Positions 47,482 to 60,915 of a stretch of DNA of 64,000 nt are shown here, piece by piece. Source of the stretch: Antedon mediterranea (Eukaryota > Animalia > Echinodermata); NCBI RefSeq assembly GCF_964355755.1, contig NC_092674.1, forward strand, positions 8,556,001-8,620,000, written 5' to 3'. Below the pieces are notes generated by a model. It had not been told where the DNA came from and did no database searches. It saw only the letters and a program-made list of their open reading frames with translations. Both the position numbers and the translations under genes were made by a program. Each line of letters begins with the position of its first letter. Within the stretch, counting starts at the first letter, position 1.

Positions 47482-50449
47482 AAGTACACTATGCCTGTAC
47501 AATAAAACATTGATTTTGCAGATTAAATATATTGATTATTTTAACAGAATGTTGTATAAAATGGCCTTGGTTTAAAGACCAAATTAAAATGTGCTAGTAC
47601 CTGCATCTATGTTGAAGGGTACCTTTCAATATGTTATGGTTACATTCAGGAAATTTAACAATAGGCCAAGCCCTAAATAGCTTTTAAACTGTGCACCTTG
47701 CAGGAAGCCCAGACCCTGCGCATTTGTTCTTTTTTACCCCTACCATTGTGCAAACCAAACAATGTGAACTTTCTTACAATTGTTCTTTTTTGTTCAATTA
47801 TTCAAGTGTGTGATGTTTATTGCAGACCTTTGAAGACATGATTAATCATTAGTCCTAGTAATAATAGCATTACTCCTAAATAATTACTTAATTCATTTCA
47901 ACAGGTTCAACCTACAGTAGCTTGAAATTAATCAATGGCAATTTATAAGCCAATAAGTATGGTCATCGGATGTGTTTTTGACAAAAACTTTATAGAATTT
48001 CTTGTATTTATGTATAATTCAGCTTTTACTTCCAACAAGGTGTGGTACTGTATAGTATTAGCCCACTTTAAACTGATGATATTAGTACCAAAACTCTTCA
48101 TTTCTGGTCTACAGTAGGATAGGTTACCATGGTGTTGAAACATATTTTTCGTTTCACAGGAAAGTGTCTCCTGTCTATCATCTTATAGGGAGTTCCCCTT
48201 TTAAAACATCAACTTTGGGTTTGCTATTTTATCACTTACAGGTCTGTACTGTGTATATTATTTATATATGTAATAGTACAGTATATCAATAATATTACTT
48301 TTATAGAAATTATTTGCTGTCAGCCATATTGAAAATTAGACCTTTTTATGTTGACTTCCTTTCAAAAGGTTAAAGGTTAAATGAAACTCAATAACATACC
48401 ATCCCCCAGTGTACATAAGTTAATTCACAAAGCTCATAAAACTGTTGTTTATTCTCCATACAGACCCCTTTACCTCTTTAATCATAAAAAGAAACATTTT
48501 GATCACAAATAAATACTGTAACTAAAACAAAACAATAAAGTTAAATCATAAACATGAGGTCAGCGGTTCAAATCAGACAATCAGAAAAAATACAATTAGT
48601 ACTGTATATCATTTTCCAAACATAATGTTTATCAATATTTTAATAAAATATTGGGTTTTGGCCACTTTGGCATTCCATAATATTTTGCAAATTTAACTTA
48701 ATTTATAGTTAAACTTTAACCATTTTGGCCTTCCATAATTCACTGTAGTACAATTACTGTATTATTATGTATTATTACATAGTTTTTATGATACATTAAA
48801 CAGATGTATTTATTGCAGTATAATCTTATTTAATTAAAGTAAAAAGAATGTACAATTTAAAGGGAGAAATTATATCAACATAAAAGTTAAATATATTACT
48901 TATACATAATAAATGATATGACTTCCTCTATCGTAACCATCCACCATACAATCGAGTCTCCTTGTCTCGGTCTTAAAAAATGTCCTGCCTCCTTAAACTC
49001 GACAATGATTAAATCCGCATAATAAACCGATAAATTGTGCAGAACGTGCGCAATCCACAGTAAACAACCAATGTAGGTAGTTAACGACATTTTCTATACT
49101 ATTTACACATACAAAGTCATCGGATCCTAAGTACTTGCGCAACGATCAGGTTTCAACTGATAGTTCAAAGTTGTTATTTTACACACATTTCGTAATTACA
49201 GATTACAACGTATTCTGTTTACAACCGAATTATTTAAGTGATAAAAATTAAGGATCAAACTGCATTTTTAGTGTTTCTAAATTTAGTTTTATTGATTTTT
49301 TAACTTCCTTAAGAATAGTGATTATTCAAGAGTCAGACTGAGTCAAGATTACACATAAAATAATGGCTGTACATATTGTAGATGTACAGTATACCTTACA
49401 GTGTGTTTAGTTGCTGTAATGTAAATTTAATCTTTTTTTTTTTTGCTTTGCTTCCCGCCCTTTTTAACGAGCTACACCTTAATATTTTTGGTATTTCATT
49501 TAAAGCTTTTATATGCCCCACCATTCCCATTCATTTCCTTTATTGCATCAAGTAAACAATGATGAAGTTGACACAACTATTCATAAAAATTGACCAAGAA
49601 GAAATATACACATATACATATAACAAAAACAGTACAGTACAGTTTCGTTCCTCCCACTGATGCCAGTCGCATCCAAGAGGCAGTCTTCTCTATCATCCAA
49701 ATATATGCTGGGTCAGACTGTTGAAGGGCTTCCTTGACTGGGTTAGCTTCTTAGCTTGACTAGGATCGCACTAAAGGAGATTTCTTAATTTATTCCAGGG
49801 GTCACGATAGTATGGTTTCCGCGCTTGTGCAAAGAGCAAGTTTCCAAAGACAACAAAAAATAACAATACCGTTAAGCTACTTGGGTTTTGAAACATTTAT
49901 AAAAAAGAAAAAGGACGGGGAAATTATTATTTTAATATTATGAATAAGTACAGTAAAATTTATTTGTTTCCTACTGTAAACATGGGCCTATAGATCAACT
50001 TTTTGACTTCTCACTGTAAGCGTTTTAGCTTCCCACACTGATTTCACAACCTAAACTAAATTATTTAATTTCATGTTTAGTTTCACTGTCAATCATGTTT
50101 TTATAGACAAATTCTGGGAATGTTCTATGAATAAACTAATGTTAAAATGTTTTTACAAAAGCACACTACAGTACACGTACCATCTTTTCTACAGTACATA
50201 CAGTATTACAAACAAGACTAAATGCAGTGAGAGCAATTGTATAATAGACTCAACTCCATACAACAGGCACAGTAGGTTTTGGAGGATAATATGTAAAACA
50301 TCAAATAATAGCATTATTGGATTATGAATAGTCACCTACATAGACACATGACCTTTTAACCCTGCCAGTGATTTCTGTACCGTCTCCACATTGTGAAAAT
50401 AAAAACGCCTCGATACATTTAGTGTTAGTACAAGAAGTAAATTTTCCAT

Positions 50450-51486
50450 CACTTTGACTGCCAAACACGAAGATCTTCGTTTTTGGAAACACAACGCTTG
50501 ACTGCCAAACACGAAGATCTTCGTTTTTCGCGTTTTTTTACGAAATCCGGTAGGTAGGTTAATTATTGGTATATACTATAAATATGAACACTAAATTCGG
50601 TCTGGACCGTGAATATTTTACCTTTTGAAAGTAACTAATCTGGTTACGAACGATTGTCAAAATGGTACCTGTCGAAATAACATACACCGCGCATCACAGT
50701 AGCGCGTACAGCGATGGTTTGGCGCATTGTGTATCGGTCGCGCTAGCTATGCCGCCGAAGCATTACAAAGGTTTATGTGGATTGGCATGTTAGTTATCTG
50801 AATAAAAAATAATGGATGAATTTTCAATAAGAAGTCTTTAATTTTATTATTGTATGTATACCCTAATTGTTTTGGTGTTTCACTGTAAGTGGCCGAGTTT
50901 CACGCAACAAACTTGTTTAGAAATGGTATGAATATTATCATCAGTTTACTAGCTAGGCTGGTAGTACTAGGCTATAGCCTAGGCCTAGTCGTAAAACGGT
51001 TCCGGAACAACTTTAGGCCTAGTTAACTAGGCCGGGTGTCTTTACTATGTGGATTTTGGCGAAACATTGATGTAAGATTTATGATTTATAAAATGTAATA
51101 CATATTTCGATAGTGATAACTTGTTTTTATAAGCCTACCGGTGCCGTGTAAGTAACTTTTTCGTTGTTTGTTGATCTCACCGGGCGATATTTTCATATTG
51201 TGATGTCTTGCACAAAATCGCGAATATCTCGACTTTCTTGCGCGAAACTACGAAAAACTCAAAAAGTGCGTTACTTTCATTTTACTATTACGATTTATAT
51301 ATTGCGATTTGAAAATCGTTCTTGGTACCATTGTAAAGCTAAAATCTTTATGATTATTTTAGTCTAAATTACATATAAATCAGATCACATACATAGTTTC
51401 AATCAGCTTTAATAAAAACATCGAATTGGGCTATAAACGCTGGCGGTGGCAGTTTCTAACTGGAAAAACCTCTGGCAGTCAAAGTG
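50450..51486. mobile_element. Non-autonomous piggyBac-like element
   Basis: TIRs CACTTTGACTGCCA / TGGCAGTCAAAGTG|TTAA. The left TTAA is absent and the left ~30 nt are tandemly duplicated. Confidence 0.7.
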
Positions 51487-53627
51487 TTAACACTGAATGA
51501 TCTACAGTATGTACAGATTACACTACAGTATATCCCATACACATACTGTACTGTACATATTTGGTCATATTTTAAAGTCTCTTTTAGCCATCTGGTTGTA
51601 CAAACCTGCTACCTTATCTGCACTACAACCTTTTTTGATTGGAAATTTGTATTCCAAAAACACCCATTATTATCAAAACTTACGGTCAGTAACCATAAAA
51701 GATAAACCTGTAGTCCTTCAGAGAGACAAGGTACCATTCCACTGTACCCAGTAAAATACTTAATTTCAACAACATACTTAGTATCAAACTACTGTATAGT
51801 ACGTATACTACTATTTACATCAGTTCAACTTCTAGTCGTCCGATATCTCCTTAACAGAAAATGTTCAAATCCTATGCATTTTCCAATGAACCAATCAACT
51901 TTGTGAAGGATTTGTAAAAGCAAAGTTTTTTAAATTTTTTAGTAGGAGGTCGTTCACCTAATTACATTTGCGATACTGTAAGAACTGCTAATGTAATATG
52001 ATTAACTACACATCATATTTATCTTTTTTTATTTAAAACCTTCTGGCGATAGAGATTTATGACTGCTCTTCATGCCTTCTGCGATGAACACATTTCACCG
52101 CTATTATGTTACGATTTCCATCGCATTTCATTCAATAATCAAAGATGCTAATTTTTGCCGGTTTGCTTCTTGCTGTAAACCGAGATTTTAATGTGGGAAA
52201 CATGACCGACAAAACGCCAATACTGAGTAACATTATGATTCAAAATTTGCACGGTGAATGGTTATGTGGGTTTATTCGCAACATTTATAATTTAGAACTA
52301 TGATTAAGTATCAGTAAGGAAATAAACGCAATAAAAGATGATTAGGATATCGTATCCAACTCGAAAATGATAATTGCATTTGAATGACAATTGAGGATTT
52401 CAATTTCTATTGTTTAATATGAATTTGAATAATTTGAAACCACATATACAGTAGATAGTATCAACACAACCTACAGGAATATTATACTGTAGCAAAAAGT
52501 GGAAAAAGGGAAAAAATAACTACCATTTAATTAACGATTTTTAATGATTTATAGTACATGCTCAATATAAATTCCAATATAAACTGGTATATTTACACAG
52601 GCATACGGAAACTCTAAACTACCCAGTGATATACTAATGGAAATCAACCAAGAATCGTACCAGGAATCTTTTTAAAAGGATATGTCGTCATACCACCATC
52701 TAGACCACTGGGATTTATTTTCATGGTATGGTTTAAATCTATTTCCTGCATACCTGTAGCTTATCGGGATAAACCGACAATAGCCTTTCTCCTCTAAGAG
52801 TGAGATATAACTCGATAAATAGAATTTTTTATTAAACATCTCTGTCCACAAACGGTATAGTCCCATGAAATTTTATTGGATAGTGACTCTTTAATTCTGG
52901 TCATTGGGTCAAACTTCAAACTGGGAATTTGTTGGATCCAGGAATTTTCAATAGACACCTTCAAATGCATTGTGTACAGTAGGCCATAGTATCTTTCTGT
53001 TTACTGTACCTGTTGGTAGACATATCCAAAATAAACAAAGGGACAATCAAATAGATAGTGAGACTACTGGTATGTACTGTACTGTACTATATGTTTAATA
53101 TTAATAAGGCCTTATTGTCCAATCTGTACAACACAACTTATAATCTGTATTTTACTTTATATTTGCACTGTAGAAATATTAAATAATAACTCTGTGATTT
53201 ATTTTCATAATATATGCATTGTAATATAGTGAAGTGAATATTGGTAATAAAAATGTGTTGTTACATTAGTGAATATGACTATGTTTCGTTAAAATGAATA
53301 GTAGCTAAAGGCTATGGTATTGTAATAGATTTACACTGTATACAGCAGCTTTAACAATTTATTAATAATAATCTACAGCATAAAATTTTTTCTGAATATG
53401 CTAATTTTGATTTTTATTTGTTCTCCAGGTAGAGTTTGTAGAATTAAATTTTCATTAGGAGAAACAACGTTTTAAAGAATCAAGGACGTTGTCCGCGATT
53501 ACTCTGTACTGTATATTACAGATCAATCTGTTGTATTACAGTACACCATTGTGTACAATTGTTTTTAATAAAATATTCATAGATTCTTTGTCTACTTTTA
53601 CTTGAAACTGCTGTATCAGCAACGTAG

Positions 53628-53700
53628 GAGAGTCGATTGTGGCTTGATGGTGATGATGTTTGGCTACGAATCCAAGGGTCCTGGTTCAAGTCCTGTCATA
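53628..53700 (+). mobile_element. Degenerate tRNA-derived SINE head; similar one at about 62635-62700
   Basis: A-box TGGCTTGATGG and B-box GGTTCAAGTCC. Confidence 0.5.
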
Positions 53701-53984
53701 TTTCAGGATTTTTTCTAATGACAAATTAATGCCAAAGACTTAATTAAGACTGTTTATGTAGAGCATCTTGTGTATAGGTTTGTCTTTTGCAAAGGATTGC
53801 CACCTTTAAGAAGGATATTGAATGAATTCGATATGGTTATCCCTGGCAATTTGCCTATCCCTGGCAATTTGCCTAAATACAGTATATGAAAACAAAACAA
53901 TGCTTTTTTTTATCTTTTTTTTTAATATCAATAATAATATCATTAAAAAAACAAGTTTTTGTTAAATACCAAAATGATCAAATA

Positions 53985-54139
53985 TTATTTATTTATTTTA
54001 TTTTATTTTATTTTATGTCTTTAGGCAATGTGGCCAAGGATTACCAATAGTGAATTAATCACTGTCCTATCAGATAGGTGGTAATCCCCCTGATACAGGG
54101 GCTATTGTGTGAACCAGTTCACCGGGGTAACCCCCTACT
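53985..54139 (-). mobile_element. 5'-truncated copy of the same SINE
   Basis: About 124 nt identical to 19371-19494, plus a (TAAAA)n tail. Confidence 0.9.
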
Positions 54140-55249
54140 ATTCACCAGATAATAAAGAAAAACCCACTGCTGATAATGCTTCTTGAAGAAATTCTGGCAC
54201 TGTGTTGTAAATCTTGTTAGAAAGTCCAAAACTAAAGTCACTGCCATCACAGCAACCTACCGTACAGTAGCCGAAACATCTGTGTAGGTTGCTAGTTTTA
54301 GGTTTCATCTACCATTTCTGATGGCAACCGAACTAACCACTTAACAACGGAGTTCCAGTGTACAGTAAATGCTAATTTACACAGAGCAGTAACAGTAAGC
54401 GGAAAAGTGCTTGTCCCATGTCAAATATGTATCTATCCTGAGCCGGTTTCCATTCAACCACCTGCCTGCTACACAATATCTGTAAGAAATAACATGTACA
54501 GGTATTCCACTTAGGCCTAGAGTGACCGCTCGTCTCTGTAAATTGGCTTGTGTGTCTTCTTGTTCAGAGGTTACCCCAGTGTTCTGATTCAGTTCCATCA
54601 GTTTGACCTGCTGTTCCTATTGGCCCTTTGTTATCATGAGAGGCTATGGTTGGTCACCAAAATAGAAAGTTTCTCTGCCATTTGTAATGCCATTTAAAAA
54701 TAATGCGAGCAGAAAAAAAGGCTTTTATTTTCATATTGTTCATTGACCGAACTGAAGTGTCTCTAGTGTAACAAGTGTTATTCACAAATATTAACTAGTG
54801 ATCGCTTTTCAGAAATCTCCATACACTTGTAGAGCCTCCTGACTGAATGAGGAAATCTACATTAATGATAATTGCCGACCCTGAACTTTACAAAGCTTTT
54901 AACTTTTCTTCCTTAATTCATGTTTTATTTATTCGATCTCATTCCATATTTGATTGAAGTAGAGTAGATAATTGGTAAATTCTGGCCATGACCTCAATTG
55001 GATTTCATTATAATATTGCAGTATACTAGTACCGTACCCTTACTTGATCACTGCCAATTATATTTGGCAAGATTGTGTTTTTCAAGTGTGCTGAGATAAT
55101 CGTTAAATCTATTCTTTTTGTGTTAGTGTTTTTGCCATGTTTTTATTCCCTCAAAATAAAAAGTCCCTTGTTGTACATGATGAGCCACTAAATTTATTTT
55201 AAAAACGGTTAATTGCTTTAGTTTTGTGTATAAAAAGTGAAAAACTGAT

Positions 55250-55500
55250 ATTGTAGTCCATCCTAGTGCAAACCAACTTACTGTATTATAACAACAAGCC
55301 CCTGTAGTCCTCCCATCCTAGTGCGAACCAAGCTTTAGCAACAAGCCCCTGATGTTGTAGTCCTTCCATCCTAGTGCGAACTAAGCTTTAGCAACAAGCC
55401 CCTATAGTCCTTCCATCATAGTGCAAACCACGCTTTAGCAACAAACCCCTCCTGGTACAGCTGTAGTCTTTCCATCCTAGTGTGAACGAAGCTATAGCCC
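55250..55500. repeat. Minisatellite, ~50-bp unit, 5 copies
   Basis: TGTAGTCCTTCCATCCTAGTGCGAACCAAGCTTTAGCAACAAGCCCC repeated. Confidence 0.9.
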
Positions 55501-58500
55501 CAGGTCTTTGTGTCTAGTTGTAGATGTTATTGAAGTTAAAATATAAAAACATATTAGTTTATGATCTGTAGAGGAGTTTAGTGTCTAAAGAATCTGAAAA
55601 TTAAACAGCAGGCAACTCAGCCGCCAAGCTTACAAGCTTTGCATTTACAATCAGAGCTTACTTTTACATCATTTATGATCGATTATAATCTTTTCTTTTT
55701 TTCTTCTTTTTTTTCATTAACCCACCTTTTATCAACGGTAACCATATTTAAAATGTATTTACAGTACTTCAAAAATACCCTTAAGACACAATATTGAAAC
55801 AAATTAGAAATGTAAATTACTTATTCAAATTCAACCTATATTTATTTAACTACTGTAGAATGATATTTAACCTTTAACATTTGACCTCTGACCTACAGTA
55901 TCTTATAGAATTTTATTTAGCATGGTTTGATAATAAATTATGCTAAAATCCCACACAAGAACAATCCCAATGCTTTTGATCAAATTACAACACATGGATG
56001 TAAAATGTACAGAACAATGGTTATGTACTTTTAACATGTGTTATTGTATTACTCTCAAAGGAAATATATTACTGTAAACAAATGGCATAGGCCTAGATAA
56101 GTTATCCTACAGACAGACAGTAAATTCTCCAGTCATTAGGCCATTAGATATGAATATGTCTACATTTGAATCTATTTTTAAAGATGATGTCATGTGCCTT
56201 ATATTATGAACTATATGTACACAAATACTCTACATTAATAATATTATTCTAAAAATAATCAATCTTGTGGTTCAATTTGTACAGTTGGATTGCTATTAAG
56301 AAACCCAATAAAGTGTCCCCTAAATAGAGGTTTCAATACAGAGGTTGGCAGGAGTGTTAAAATGTACAGTATATTTCTCCTTGTTTGTTTCACATAAAAG
56401 TGGCCCCTTAAAAGGAAGGGTTTGACTGTAAACAATTTCTTAATTTACAATGTCTGGGCTAGTAATCTTTAATACCAAGTGGGATAGTAATTCTGTACAA
56501 CTCAATATTTCACTTCCATTCTATCCCAGAATGCACAGTACGCACAGTAAGCAACCATGATTTTACATTTACACTGTAAATAAATAATTTCCACTGTTTG
56601 TACGGTACTGTGCATTACAGTATATTACAGTAAAATTATAAGTGCGATTCTCCATGGTTAATGACATACAGTAATTTATGTGTACGCATTAATGCATTCG
56701 TGTACATTACACATTATATTAGCATTGATTTAAAGTATTATGTAATCTTATCCAATGATTACCATTGAAATATACAAACGCATTAATTGATTCATGATTA
56801 GACTGGATATGTTCTATGTCCACAGGTAATCTTTTAATTGTATTAAATCAAAGCTTTATTAATCCAATTCCGTATACTACATGCCATACACGCCTAGTAT
56901 TACAAGCAATTTGACATTGCTATTTTTAATTTAGCTGAGAATCAACTTAGTCTGTGTTACTAATTGAATGTCATAGATTTTATGTATGATATCAATTATA
57001 TGCTTGTTTAAAACCAGCTATAAAAATGCATTTTTAGTAAATTAGTAGGATTTATGTCAAAGTTTTTTCGTCCCTTATTTAACCATTACAATACAGAACC
57101 CTATAAGCAAAATGTGAAAAAATGAATTAGGATATACTTCTACAGCACAGTAAATGTCTTTTTTACCTCTTTAAAAAAAAATAAAATACTGACTATGCAT
57201 TAAATGCAAATCAAAACAAAACACTGTCTTTGTGAAGAATGAACAAATAATCAACGGTTCCCGGGGGAGGATTGACCATGTTTGTCGAATAGCAAAATAT
57301 AACATTTTTGGATAAAAATAAAACAATACTCTACAGAGTGTGCCCAATCAAGGATTTTCATCTTTAAAAGTGACTAAAACTACCCTAAATGTCTAATATC
57401 GTCGGATCTTCTAGGGGGTGTGTATCCCCAACCATTTTTGGCCCTTCCGTCTGGCAAATCCTGGCACCACTATTGTCCTGGCTGGACATCAATAAGGTAA
57501 CTCAATATCCAAAATCGTGTTTTCCTCCTTACTTATAAGACTAGTTCGGAAATTATAGTTTTCATGGTACTGTGTATCTTCTTAAAATCTAAATTTATAC
57601 AATGAAAAATACTGTATTTCAATGAACAAAGCACTATTTGTTACCAAGCCACAGTTCATAGAATACAATGATTTTTTGTAATCAATAACCTTGTCTGTGA
57701 TAATATAAACATTATGACTACACTACAGGCAGAAAACCCAAGATGACAATGGCAATACATGTTTACTATAAGATTACAGTGCAATTTAAACTGAAGCAAT
57801 TATTGCCATATTTATTTGCCGTTTGATTAATACCGTTACAGTATATGTACAAATGTGGACCAAAAGAACACAATATTTCACATAGGAAAATGAGATTTTA
57901 AAAATACAAAATTATATTTCTAGTATATATATTATTTGTTCTTTAAATCAAGATTTAAATAAAAATTGTAATATTTTATGTTTATAGAAATGATACACTC
58001 TACAGTAGGTGGAGAAGGATTTTTCGGGAAAAATTTTTCTTGGGAAGCATTGAACTATTTTTGTTCTTATGATTTAATATTATAAATTTGTAGTAATTTG
58101 AAGAAATAATAGTGTTAATTTGAATTGGAAGGCCATATTTCATTTATTATTATGATTTCAATCAAACTTGGTCAATAGTAAAATTGTTGGAGTGTTGAAA
58201 ACTTAGCGTCAAAGGTCACAAAATTCAACCAACTGGGTTCATGTTCTATAGAACATAGTATCTCTAGTTGTTATTATTGATGAGTTTTGTAGTGCTAAAA
58301 TATATGTATGGTATTATTTTGTTAAAATTAAGGTGAAAAAGGATTTTATTTTGGTAATTTTTTTTAATTGTTGGTAATAATGTTGTTTCATGAATTTTTA
58401 GTTGTAGAGCTTTATTTAGGCTTCTTTGTTCATCCCAAGGACAGGTTCAGTAAAATACATCACCATCCAACGTTGAGATTGCATCATCATCCAGAAAAAT

Positions 58501-58984
58501 TGTATAAACATAATACAGAACAACATGTAGGTGGGGTGAAGCCAATGTACTTTTTACAACAATAAATATAGAAGGTGGTCCCTTAGTATATATGCACTTC
58601 ACAGATTGCACGCAAAGAAATTATAACTGTACATGAAATGTTATTTTTAAATTGGATAAAATCATCGTTACAATATAGAGCATCTTTAATGGAATTAATG
58701 AGGCAAAACACTTCATTCCTCTCATTTAGCGTACTTGTATAAAATCACTCCCGTGTGAATCAAGTTAAAACACTGCTTGTGTTTAATGCTTGATGGTAAC
58801 AAACTTGCTTTCAACAATCAAGAAGAAATATATGAACCGTAGTACTAACAAATGAATGTTTAGATTTCATGCTGAATTCTGTAAAATACCAGTTCTGAAC
58901 TCTCTTTTGGAAATTTCAATGCAAAAGGACATTAGGTTTAGGGTAGTGCAAGAAGATTTGGCATGCAATCGGGCCTCGATTCCT

Positions 58985-59230
58985 GTAAGCTATAAGTTCC
59001 CACAACAACCAGGAGAACCTACTGTAGGCTTTGCTGACAGGTATTTTGGCATCTCGTGTCCACTGTTATGGAACGGTCTTTCAGTGTCAATTCGGTCTGA
59101 AACTAACTTTGATAGCTCTAAGCGTAAACTAAAAACGTTTCTTCTTCAACAAGTTTATGGAACATAATTGTGATGTACACTTTTGATAATTGTTCATTCT
59201 AAGAGCACTATATCAAATTTGTAATGTTAA
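58985..59230 (+). mobile_element. LINE ORF2 3' fragment (L2/CR1 group)
   Basis: TVGFADRYFGISCPLLWNGLSVSIRSETNFDSSKRKLKTFLL, followed by an AGCACTATATCAAAT tail. Confidence 0.7.
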
Positions 59231-60587
59231 GGGTAGTACTTAATTTCTTAAGTTTTAGACATTTTTTGTTGGGTGCTGAATGTGTCCCCTTAATAGAGGT
59301 TCTAATTTTTATTTGTTGATATATCAATCCAAATTGGCATAATTGTGACTTCATTTCATATTCCAACTGAATATAATTATGAACCGATTCTCTTGCCATT
59401 TTAAACCTACATACAGTAATACAGTACCAGCATTATCTAAATATTTACTATAGTATATTTCTGTCTCTAAAATATAAAGATTTCTTCTTTAGTTGCTATT
59501 TTGTGAGGGTAGCCAAGCTACTACCTGTACAGTAAAAATATAGTATTTGAAACCCATTTGTATGAAAACATTTTTGAAAAGGCAACAAATACAGAATATG
59601 GATTTATCCTGTTTTGTTTAAAATGAGACCACAAATCTATCATAATATTTTGACCTTGTTTCGTGTTTGACCTGTAATTCTTTATTTGCTGGTTTGATTT
59701 TCCCTTTTGACTATTTTCTATTTTAGGTTGAATTATAGACTCTACAAGGTTGTTTAGGTCTTTTTTGGCAGCTAAATTTGTTTTGTTGAGAATTTATTTC
59801 TACATCGAATAGAGCGTACCATATTTTTATTGAGCATAAAATTAACACTTACTTGTCCACTCAATGGGTGGCCCACTGCATTCATGATCGTTAATGGCAC
59901 AAATGTATCACTGGACCTACTGTAGGCTAGCCCAAACACAAATTATTTCGTCTCTATGTAAATGTATTTTTTTTTTAGTTTAATTGTTTGATTTATTTTT
60001 TAAGGCTTAATTTTGTAAAATGAATGATTAGTCACTCTTCTCCCCCCCCCCCTCCCCCTGATTAATTATAATAGTTCCAGTATCCTTATTTATTTAGAAC
60101 AGTTCTTAATTGTTCAAATATTTACAAATGTCACATTTTGAAGGGTCAACTACTAGTAGTACTTCCTATAATCTAATAGCCATTTTCAATGATAAATTAC
60201 CAATAAGTACCAATACCAATAGTAGATGCTAGAATAAGTATCCTTTAAGTGCTCTCTTTCACTCGTCTGACATGTACAGTAGTGTTCAACCTATGTGAAA
60301 ATATTATTTTGACCTCCCCCTTCCTCGACCCCTCAATAAGCCTTCATGGATTCAGTCATCACTGCATTGTAGTACTGTTTTTAAATGCAATTCATACAGC
60401 AAGAATCACTCAACTGTTAAAACATCAGATCAGTTGCAATATTGCAATTTCACGCTTTTTTATCAACAATCTATGAGGAACTTATATAATCCGGAAATAT
60501 ACTGGTCATGTGATTTATACTTTTGTTTAAAAAAATGTGTCTAAGCTATATTTATTATACTAAATAAGCACTGCCCACACAAAAAAT

Positions 60588-60915
60588 GCAGGCCTATAAA
60601 AAGATTGGCTTATACAGGACCTGAGGACCAAACTATGGTAGTTTCTTTTTACCTGTATGTATGTCATTAATGTATATGGACAATATTCCATGGATGGGCT
60701 TATAATTTATGGTGGGCCTACCGTATACTTGATTCTGTATGGCACTATGTTAGCAAAAAATGTAGGCCTATATTAGAGATTGACTTATACTTGAGGACCA
60801 AACTATGGTAGTTTTTTTTTTTACCTGTATGTAATTACTGTATATGGACAATATTCCATGGATGGGCTTATATTTTATGGTGGGCCTATACTTGATTCTG
60901 TATGGTACTATGTTA
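60588..60915. repeat. Direct tandem duplication, 2 x ~170 bp
   Basis: TGAGGACCAAACTATGGTAG...GGACAATATTCCATGGATGGGCTTATA...TACTTGATTCTGTATGG occurs twice. Confidence 0.9.

Noticed and set aside
49640-49850. GC-richer structured-looking tract (HDV-like ribozyme, snoRNA or RTE 5'UTR?)
   Set aside because: I could not build a consistent pseudoknot or box structure by eye; a covariance-model search is needed.
52640-52930. Minus-strand ORF faintly resembling a Tc1-type transposase segment
   Set aside because: No catalytic motif or TIRs are recognisable.
54377-54700. 73-aa minus-strand ORF in a GC-richer patch
   Set aside because: No recognisable homology or consistent splice structure.
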